A stretch of 64,000 nucleotides of DNA. Source: Monocercomonoides exilis PA203. Its lineage: Eukaryota > Protista > Preaxostyla. The stretch is from the NCBI GenBank assembly GCA_001643675.2, contig LSRY02000025.1, positions 496,001 through 560,000 of the forward strand, written 5' to 3'. Positions 54,301 to 64,000 of the stretch are shown here, one piece after another. The position numbers and the translations under genes are program-made. Under the pieces are notes generated by a model that saw only the letters and a list, made by a program, of their open reading frames with translations, was not told where the DNA came from and searched no databases. How positions within the stretch are numbered: position 1 is the first letter of the stretch; each line of letters opens with the position of its first letter.

Positions 54301-55625
54301 CGACAGTTGTTGGTGGCGCACTTGATAAAGAAGAAGAGGAAGAGGAAGAGGAATGTGAAGAAGAGGAGGAGGAGGAAGAAAAAGAAAAAGCCTTCACTTC
54401 AGCAGCTGATTGAACATTATCTGCTGGTAGCACATGTGCTCCTTGTACTTTCTCTGCTTCATCTTCGTGTTTCAAAGCCATCTCATTCTTTCCCTTTGAA
54501 GCAGTTGGCTCAAATGTGTCGAAATCAAAGGGATTTTCATTTTGCAGTGCGTCAATCATCTTTTTCATCCCTTCGACCACCCAACTTGTCAAAAAGGAAG
54601 TATGTTGCTTGCATTTTCCATTCACTTGAACTTCTTTATAATCTCCTCTTTCTCTTTCTTCTTCTTCTTCTTTCAAATTCCTTCTTCCACTTCTTATTCT
54701 CTCAAACTCTGCACAAATACGACTCACTGGTCTTGTCACCTTCTCCAACAGCATCGCCATCTGCAGATGAAGATGCGGCTGCGTGCTGAGCACTTGCTGA
54801 GGAAGCAAACTGAGCACAGAAGACATCTCAGCAAAGGAAGGGCACAAATCAATTGGATGAAGCCAAAAGAGATTGGGAACTGGAAAATGCTCATAAATCC
54901 ACTCTGTGAATTCACTACATCCAATTTGGCTTTGAAAAGAATGAGTTTTGGGGTTTTTGATTTCTGCTCCTTCAATTCCTGTGCTTGAACTTGCTGTTGC
55001 TACTGCCATTTCTGTCAAATACTTGTCATTTTCTCCATTTTTCTCTCTAATTTTCTCTTTCTCCTTCTCCTTCTTTTCCTTCATAGCACACATTATCTGC
55101 TCTTCCAGCGCCTTTGGAAGCGGAAGCACGTTTTGTAATGCAGCCAGCAAGCATCGATAGACACGAGGCGCCGAAGTGACTGACAAAACAATGGGAATTC
55201 CTGAGGAAGACAGGAAAGAGCGAATAATACGAAGGAAAGAGGAGCAGAAGCTGCGCCAGGATGAGAGGGAGGAGAAGAGGGAGGAGGAAGAGGAGGAAGA
55301 AGAAGAGGAAGATGAAGAAATCGAAGGAGAATAAGAGGGAGTTGAAGAAGAAGAAGATGATGGTGGTGGTGGCGGTGGTGATTGCATAAATGAATCAGAG
55401 GGAGGAGAAGGAGAAGAAGAAGAAGACAAAGAAAAACACGAATTTGATGGTGAAGGCGATGTGGATGACAAAATCCATTCCAAATGGGGAGAAGCCAGAA
55501 ACTCAGCCAGAACACACACAAGATGCAGACTCACAGGTGCTCCCTTGGCGAACGTTCTGTTGTTGTTCTGTCGAATCTCATGGAATATTTCATTGTTTTC
55601 TGAGGTTAATGAAGAAGAAGAAGGA

Positions 55626-55679
<54 letters not shown>

Positions 55680-56954
55680 AACGAATCTTTACCTGAATAT
55701 TCATTTTTACCAGCGGATTCACTCAAACCTAACTGTTTCGCATTCAATCCATCTCCCTTTGAAAGAAGAAGAGGAAGAGGAAGAGGTGGAAGAAGATCTG
55801 ATTGATACGACTTCAGCCAAAGTGAATCGTCAGTGTGGAAGGCGAAGCACATGCAGAGCGGACGGGATGAGATCTGAAGAGAGTTCTTGTGTGTGGAAGA
55901 GGATTTTGCGATGTTTGATGAGGGATAAGAATGAGAAGAAGAAGAAAGAGAAGAAAGAGAAGAAGAAGAAAGAGAAGAAAGAGATGAAGAAGAAGAAGAA
56001 TATTCTGAATAACTTTCTTCTTCCTTCTTCTCTTTCTTCTCTTTCTCCTTCTCTTTCCTCTCTCCATCATCTTCATCGAATTCCGGAAGAAGAGGCAGTG
56101 CAATTGGCTGGTCGTCGTCTAACTGCATCACTTTCAATGACTGCGCACAGCTCATCCGCTCAGCACACGACAATACAAACGCCCTCCGTTTGAATTCGAT
56201 TGACATTTCAGAAAGGAGTGAGGGAGAGGAGGAGAAGGAAGAAGAGGTTGGGAGAGATGAAGAGGAGGAAGAAGAAGAAGATGAAGAAGAAGAAGAATAT
56301 GGAAATACAGACTGCATCTCTTCTGTGTTCAAAGAAGGTGACAGCATCAGAAACCTCAGCAAAAACACGTGTATTTCTTCATAAAACGATCTTTTGTAAT
56401 GGGCGTGCTCATTCAGTGCACTAAATAAGTAGTTCGAAACAAACGAAGCAGGCAAACGGAGTGCAACGGGCGAAGAAAGCGATTTGCCGGCAAAATTGAG
56501 TGAATAAGTTCGTTTGGAGAAGAAGCGGTGCTGTTCTCTTTCGCTTTCTTTCTCATTTGAGGTGAAATCTTCGTCTTCATCTTCGTTGTCTTCTTCTTCT
56601 TTATCATCTTCTTCTTCTCCTTCTCCTTCCTTTTTCTCCTTCTCTTTCCCTTTCCCTTTCCCTTTCCCTTTCCCCTTCACTTTCTCCACCTCCCCGTACG
56701 AGCCAATGATCTTCCTCATCATGAACTTCTTCACTGCCACTGATGGGTGCCTCAGCCCTCTCAGTAGCAGAAGACACACCCAAGACACATGAAAAGCAGA
56801 ACAGCAGCACAAATGCTCAATCTCCAGCCAGAGCGGAGTGTGAAGATGGAGAAGCGTCTCGTTCTGCCCGCGGTAGATGGTGAGGAAGGCAGTCCAGAGA
56901 GAGTAGTCGAAGGGGAGAGAAGGGTGAGGAGAAGAAGAAGACAATGAAGAAGAA

Positions 56955-56985
<31 letters not shown>

Positions 56986-58529
56986 ACATAGAAGATGAAT
57001 TATTCTTCTGTAAATCTCCATTCATTTCTGTGTCTTCTCCTTCAAACGGGAAAAGAGGAGACTGAAACTGTCTCAATTGTTCCATTTTCGAATGGAAATT
57101 CGGTGCGAATTCAGCCGCTTTTTCTATCAAAAAGCAAGAATGTTTTTGGACTTCAGAAGAAGGATGGAGAAGAGACTGCTGGATGATGATCCAGAAATCA
57201 GTGGAGAACAGAAGAGAAAGAAGAGGTTTGTTTGGCGGGAATGAAGAAGATGATGAGGAAGAAGAAGAAGAAGAAGAAGAAGAAGAAGAAGAAGAAGAAG
57301 AAGAAGAAGAAGAACCCATCAAAGATACCGTTGCTTGAGCAGGCGAAAGGAAAGGATGAGAATAAAAGAACGGATAAAGGCGAGTTAATGCCACAATCGT
57401 CTCATTCCATCTGCTTCCTCCTCTTGTTATACCAGTTCGGAGCACCTTCCAGAGCTGGAAAAGAGCAGAAGAGAGAGAGAAAGAGGATGAGACGGAAGAA
57501 GAAAAGGAAGAAATAGATGATGATGAATGTTGTGCTGATCGCTGGTCTTCGAAAACTGAAAGAAAGACGAAAATTGAAGGAATGGCAGAAGAAGTTAACA
57601 AGTTAATGATTTGTGATCCGCTTTCAGTCTCCAACAGAGCCATCAAAGAAGAATAGCTTTCAGCAATCAAACAGAAAAGCATTTCTTGTAAGTCGAAACA
57701 AGGCTGACGTAAGGTCTGCGTTTGAGAAGATTTTGAATTGTTGTTTTGGATCTGTTTTGAAAATGAAACACATAATTCTCCTAAAATGTGAAGAGTTAAA
57801 TCAAGAGGGATTATTCCATCTGGTTTGTTATCATCTTGTGTCTGCTCATGCTGATCGTGTAAATTGAGTTCTATGTCTCGATGTTTTGAATTTCTGTCTT
57901 TTTTATTTTCTTTAATATTTGATTTACAATCTTTTTTTGCTTTAATCTTATGTTGTGCAGTATCATGTTTCCTAATAAATGGATTAGCCAATGAACATTT
58001 CAGTGTTTCCAGAAATTCACGCGCGAAATCAATATTTTGCTGATTAACTCCATAAATGATTTCAGAGATGCTTTTAACAGCAAATTGTGTTAATTCATCG
58101 TCGTGAGCATATTTTAAAAATAAATCGAGACAGAGCTTCTGTGTCATTTGTAAGGTAGTTATTGTTGCCTTTTCAAAAAAATAATAACAATATTTTATTC
58201 AATATTTCAAAATTTATAAAAAGTCATACTCCTTCAGATAAGCATCTCTTTCTGAGTAAAGCCAAGTATATCATCAAATTTGATTCATCTAATGTGCCAG
58301 TTGATTTCTCTATGAGGCTTTGAATATATTCATCTTCAACCTCAGTATCTTTAAAAAGTGTTTCTATAACATCCAGTTTTTCTGAAAGCAGAAAGGGATG
58401 TCCTGATTTTGTTCCAGAAATAAGAGATAAAGTGTACTTAAAAAGTTGATCAAAAGTTGATGTTTTATTGTTCATTTTTGAGAAAATTGAAATATTTATT
58501 TTTTGTTGATCAACATCAATTGTTCCCAT
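48376..58529 (-). CDS. TARBP1: tRNA (guanosine-18 2'-O)-methyltransferase Trm3/TARBP1-like, SpoU domain at the C-terminus, heavily poly-Ser expanded
   Basis: [61 protein letters not shown]. Short first exon from 58529 (MGTID..LSE|gtatga), giant middle exon, last exon ending TGA at 48376. Confidence 0.88.
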
Positions 58530-59003
58530 TGCAATATTATAAAGTTCAATTGAAATCCAATTTTTTGAATGCACATGATAAGAAATGATTATCCTACAAA
58601 AAAGCAATGGCACATAAAATACAACTTGACGTGAAAGAGGTGTCGCAAGTAGTGTACAATTTAGTGAAATGTTACATAAATTTATTATTTCTTCATTAAA
58701 CTATTAACAAAATTAAATTAATCTATTAAAAATAGCAACTAAAGACTAGAACAATAAATAAATGCAACAAAAATAAATTAACATTTGAAAAATATACAAA
58801 AAATATAAGAAGATTTTTCTCAAACACCATTTCATTGGATCCAGTAACAATCATTGCATTTTTTTATTTTAAAAAAAAATGAGAAAAAAGTAAAGAAAAA
58901 TAAAAATAAAAGACAAAGAAGAAAGATTAAAGATTAAAGAAAAAGAAATATTAATAAAATAAAAATAAAAATAAAAATATTAAATCAAAAATAAAATTAA
59001 TCC

Positions 59004-59565
59004 TCAAGAAGTAGGATCACTTTCTCCTCTTCCTTCTCCTCCTCTTTCTCCTCTTCCTTCTCCTTCTTCTCCTTCTTCTTCATTGTTATCAAATAGAGTT
59101 ATACGAGAAAGAACAGAAGATGCCTTCAGAGGAGTAAATGAAGAGGAAGGCTTATGTTGTGAAGGGGCAGAAGAGGAATTTTTGGAGAAGGAAGAAGATA
59201 AAGTTGGTGGGTTGATAGAAGAAGAAGAAGGGGAAGAAGAAGAAGAAGAAGACAGAGAAGAAGAAGAAGAAGAAGAGGAAGAGGAAGGAGAAGAGGAAGA
59301 AGGTGATGTTGATGAAGTCGAAGATGAAAGAACAGAAACAGGTTTTTGTGTTGACAGGATGGGCGGAGAAATAGGAGAGGTGCCAGGAGAAGGCGTCGGA
59401 GAAATAGAAGAAGAAGAAGAAGAAGAGGAAGAATTTGAAGATGAGGAAGAAGAAGAAGAAGAAGACGTATTTCTAAGAGAATCAGCAATGATGGGTTGTT
59501 TGCGAGGATTAGGCTGAGGAACATAAATAGAAACAGGAGGAAAGAAAGAGGAAGGAGAAGGAGAA

Positions 59566-59597
<32 letters not shown>

Positions 59598-60006
59598 AGA
59601 AGATGATGATGATGATGATGACGTGGAGAAAGAGCTGTTAAGAACAGAAGAAGCAGTTGCTGGATCTTTTGAATTGGAAGAAGAAGAAGAGGAAGAAGAA
59701 GAGGAGGAGGAAGAAGAAGAAGGACCATTGTTATTATTATTATTATTTGATATCATGCTATTTCTCTTTGGCAAACGAGGTGATGTGATAGGAGATGAAT
59801 GATAAATAGGAGAAGAAGAAGAAGAAGAAGAAGAAGAAGAAGAAGAAGAAGAAGAAGAAGAAGAAGAAGAAGAAGAAGAAGAAGAAGGCGCAGAAGAAAG
59901 CTGAGAAGAGAAAGAGGAGTAAAGAGGAGCTTGATATAGAGAAGTTAAAGAGGAACGACGTAAAGAAGAAGAAGAAGGGTTGGAAGAAGAAGAAGAGGAA
60001 GAGGAA

Positions 60007-60041
<35 letters not shown>

Positions 60042-63000
60042 TTCAGGTGATGTAGCAGAAGAAGAAGAATTTGAAGAAGAAGGCGAAAATCTGTCAGAAC
60101 CTAAACGAGGTGAACGGGAAATGTATGGAGAAGAAGGAAATGAGCCTGGTGGCATGTTTGAAGAAGAAGAAGAAGAAGAAGAAGAATTAGATGAAGAAGA
60201 AGAAGAATATCTTGTCGAAGAATACGGCGAAGACATAACAGAAAGCGAATTCTGATGAAATGAAGAAGACGTAGTTGAAGAAGAGGCAGAAGATGTGCGT
60301 GAATGAGGTGTGGTGGGTGTGGGACCTGCCCCACGCAGAGGAGGAAGAGGACGCATCAGAGAAGAAGAAGGGGAGCTCAAGTAGATCGGGCTGTCGGGAA
60401 CGGGGCCGGCGGAACTGAAAAGGGGAAAAAAATAGAAAATAAGAATAAGAATAATGAATGAATGAATGAATGAATAGTTGAATAAGTGTATTTGGATGAA
60501 CAATGAAAGAAAGAGAGAGAGAAAGAAAGAGAAAGTAAGAAAGTTTGATAAATGCAAAATTAAAATTGAAATCAGAAAAAAAAAATAGTTTTTTTTTTTT
60601 TAATGTTAAATAAATAATAATATACAAATCGAAATAAACCATCTTCATCCACATCCACAAAAATACACAAAAATACACAAAAAGACATAAATATACACAG
60701 AAAACATATTCACATATAAACACATTCACATACCCCGTATTCCTCCTCAAAGCCGAGTGTGCCAACTGCAACTCCTCCCTCAGCTGCTGCACCGACGTCA
60801 CTGCCGTATTCGACTCAATCTTCAGTCTGTGCGCAATCGCCCTCAAAACCTCTGGATCGTCCTCTTCATCCAAATAATCATCAGAAATGGGGAATGACCC
60901 ACCATCCATCTGACTCAAATACGATGACACAGAAGACGCTGACCCCAGCCCCCTCCGCTCAGAAAGCGCATATCGCTCTCTGTTCAATGGAGAGCCTATA
61001 GAAGTTGCCATTGGCGTTCCCATAGGAGTTCCCATAGGAGTTCCCATCGAAGGCCCAATCGACGTGTTCAGCGGAGAACCTACAGAACCCGTGGACATGG
61101 AGCGATAATGCCGCATTTCTCCGTCTTCTCCTCTTCTCAACGAGGACGAGGCAGAGCCTGTGCCATAGACAGAACCAGAGCCATAACCAGCTCCAAATGA
61201 ATTCGGCTGCCGCATCTGCAGCATCGCCCCGCCTGCCACACTCGCTGTATACTCTTTACTCATATCTCCTCCATACATCATTCCACTTCCTCCTCCTCCT
61301 ACTCCTCCTATTCCTCCAACCCCTCCTCCTTCTCCGTTCTCCATCTCCCTCATCGCCAGATGATCTGCCAGAAGCGAATTGGCTGACTGCAATCTGAGCT
61401 TCTCGGCAGCCAGCTTCTCGTTCTCTGCCAGTATCATCTGCAGCTGCATCTGCACAGTCAAGTCATCAGACTCACCCGCTCCACTCCCCAGCGCGGAGAA
61501 GCCCAAAGGGTTGGCTCGCATTAAAGAGGAGGAGGCAGAGGATGAAGGCGCTGTTGTTGAGGAAGACGAGGAAGAAGAAGAGGAAGAGGATGAATTTGCC
61601 AAAGGATTTGATTGATTTGAAGAAGAAGACGATGAAGCAGAAGACATAAACGAATCTGCCTTGTTGATAGAAGCTCCAAAGCTGCGAGGGCGTGACGGTG
61701 TTGGAAACATTGGAGGTTCAGACATTCTTCGCTCCCCCGTCACCCCCACCCTCGCTGCCTCCGCCCGCCAGTACTCAATCTCCTTCTTCAGATTCCTAAT
61801 TTCCTCTCTCATCTTCTCCATCTGCGCCTGCTGCTCTCCCAGCCTCACAACAGGCGTGTTCTTGATCGACTGCACAGCCTGCGCATACGTCAGAGTCGAC
61901 AATGAAATGCCCGCAAACATCACAGACGGCGTCACACACGCCACCATCAGCGCTTTTGCTGTCCCGCCCAGCGAATCCTTCAGCAGCGACGTCAGCTTCG
62001 AGTCACGGTAGGGGATATACGGCTGCTTCGCACACAGCGCCTTGATCACCGTGCCCAGCGTGAAGAGGGACTTGTTGATCGCTGCCGTCTCCTTCTTGTT
62101 CTCCGCCTCCGACCCTGACTGCTTCAGCCGCTCAGAGCCAGCCAAGTCCACAAACGTGATTTTTCCCCGCCGCAGCACAGACGAGCGCGCATTCAGCGAT
62201 GTGCTGAACAAACGCCCGCTCGCTGCGGGTCCTTCTGTTGCTGCCCCCACCCTCATTCCTCCTCCTCCTGTTCCGCCTGATGAACTCCCAGCTGTTGATC
62301 TTCCTGTCACTCCTCCTCCTCTGCCTGTTCCTCCTCCTCCACCTCCACCTCCTCTGGAGAATGAGCCTCCTCTTCTCACTCCTCGTCCGCTCCCTCTCCC
62401 ACGCGGTGTCCGCATCGCTTGTCTTTCCTGCTCCTCCTTCTGCCTTCTCTCTTCCTCCATCTGTGCCTCTTCTTCAGGCGTCGGCCGATGCTGCACTGTT
62501 ATCTTCAGCGTGAGCAGAGCGTGCGAGCGAGACGACTCGTGATTCAAGTCATGCGACGCAACATGTCTGTTGCGCGCCCCCTTTTCCAGCAAGGCTATCA
62601 AATCTTCCCGAGAATAGCATGTCACTGTTGTCAGTGAATCAACATAAAATGTGCTGCCTCTGTGCCGAAGATGCTTAGGCTCCTTTTTCTCTATATCGGA
62701 TATCAAGTCGAATATTTGTTCGTTGTATATTTCCATATAATTAGCTGTAATCGTGTAAAGGTGCTCTGGATGCAATTCAATTTCATTAAAAATGTAAGAT
62801 GCTGCTTGAGGAATTATTCCATCAGTTGGCAGTCCATAGCAACGATGTTGTTCGATTTCATCCAAAGTCTGGGGCTCTGGGCCTGATATTGTGTATGTTT
62901 TACCTGTTCCTGTCTGCCCATATGCAAGAACTGACGCTGAATATCCTTCATTTAACACAGCATCAAGAATGTCAACAATTCCAGAATCCTGGAAAAACTC

Positions 63001-63358
63001 TTGTTGTGATGTCTCTTCACCAAATACTTTCTAAAAAATGGATTTACACAAGCTTTAAAAAGACAAAAACTACTCAATATTGAAAAAAATACAAACCGAA
63101 AAGCGAAAACTATGGATTTGATAATCTGCGACCGCAGGATTAGTCGGAGGGATAACCAACTATTTTTAAGTTGTTCGTATTGGAAAGAATATAACAGTTG
63201 ATTAAGCTTGACGTTGAAGTAAATTGAATTCACAATACCTCAATTGTGCTATCTGATGTTGGTGTGACACATATTTCATGTCCTGCTTCATGACGCGCTA
63301 AAGGACGTATACGAATCATAACTTTAATAGCCTCCGATTTAACAGGCTGCCGCGACAT
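59004..63358 (-). CDS. N-terminal-motor kinesin (possibly KIF12/kinesin-16-like) with Ser-rich tail, 4 exons
   Basis: IKVMIRIRP, GQTGTGKT (P-loop), NHESSRSH, VDLAGSER, INKSL, PYRDSKLT, then coiled coil. An intron at about 60731-60415 joins the frame to ORF 59004-60557. Confidence 0.9.
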
Positions 63359-63645
63359 GATTAGCTCCAATTACAAACAAACAAATAAAAAGTCGTTGAA
63401 TAGAATAAATGAATAATGGAAAATCAAATAACAAATTTTTGTTATTGCAAAAGATTTACAACAATTTTACACTTATAAAGCTAAAACATTGAGGTTTGCG
63501 ATATATTTCAATCATATAGATCTTACCCATTGATTCATAATATTGATTAGTCCATCAATTTCAGGTATTGAAATTCTTTCATATTATAATTTTCATTGAA
63601 AATCTTGTGTTGTTGCGATTGTGTTTGTTAAAACTAAATAGGATC

Positions 63646-64000
63646 ATGTATAGCAAAGAGGAATTACCCACTCTTATTCAGAATTTGCCCACCTCAACCG
63701 ATCCAGAGGAAATCAAGAAATGCTGCTTGTCTGCTGCTGCAATTGCGCAAGAGTGTTTGTAAATTTGTTTTATCGATTTTATTGTTTGAGATCTTTGTTC
63801 AGTAATTGTTAAGCCAGAAGGTGAAGAAGTTGCTGATATTCCCCAGCTTCTTGATGACAATCTTCTTCAAGCGCTGGTCGATGTTGTAAAAGGAAGCACT
63901 GATAAGCCTAAGGTTGCTGTTAGAAATGCCTTCCGTGCATTGGGCGATATTTCAAAGATGCCAGGAGCGAAAACAAAGTTGAAGGAAAAGGGTGTTCTTG
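63646..64000 (+). CDS. 5' part of an ARM/HEAT-like helical protein (runs off the window)
   Basis: MYSKEELPTLIQNL..AAIAQE, a short intron, then ..LLQALVDVVK..AVRNAFRALGDISK..KGVL. Divergent from the kinesin, 287 bp away. Confidence 0.6.

Noticed and set aside
48587-62886. Many antisense or alternative-frame ORFs rich in E, K, L or D
   Set aside because: Shadows of trinucleotide-repeat coding sequence on the opposite strand.

Overview
AT-rich, intron-containing protist DNA in the standard code (TAA is used as a stop). GTTTG/GTATG donors, poly-Ser proteins and two expanded lineage-specific gene families suggest an oxymonad such as Monocercomonoides (inference). Host genes: UBC9, a calpain-7/PalB-like protein with its catalytic Cys replaced by Ser, two paralogous hypothetical genes, a 4133-aa beta-helix receptor/pseudokinase plus the 3' end of a paralog, proteasome alpha-7, Trm3/TARBP1, a kinesin and the start of an ARM-like gene. 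The left half is dense with mobile DNA. (1) Nested MITEs sit beside a decayed pogo-like DDE transposon that is itself interrupted by a MITE. (2) A 3.75-kb non-autonomous element with ~360-bp TIRs and an 8-bp TSD carries captured fragments of two host genes (Pack-MULE-like). (3) A full-length but decayed 6.0-kb DIRS1-type tyrosine-recombinase retrotransposon has recognisable ITRs and ICR. Its 3' noncoding region holds a MALAT1/PAN-like ENE (U-rich internal-loop) hairpin followed by a four-way-junction RNA, the most novel-looking module in the window.
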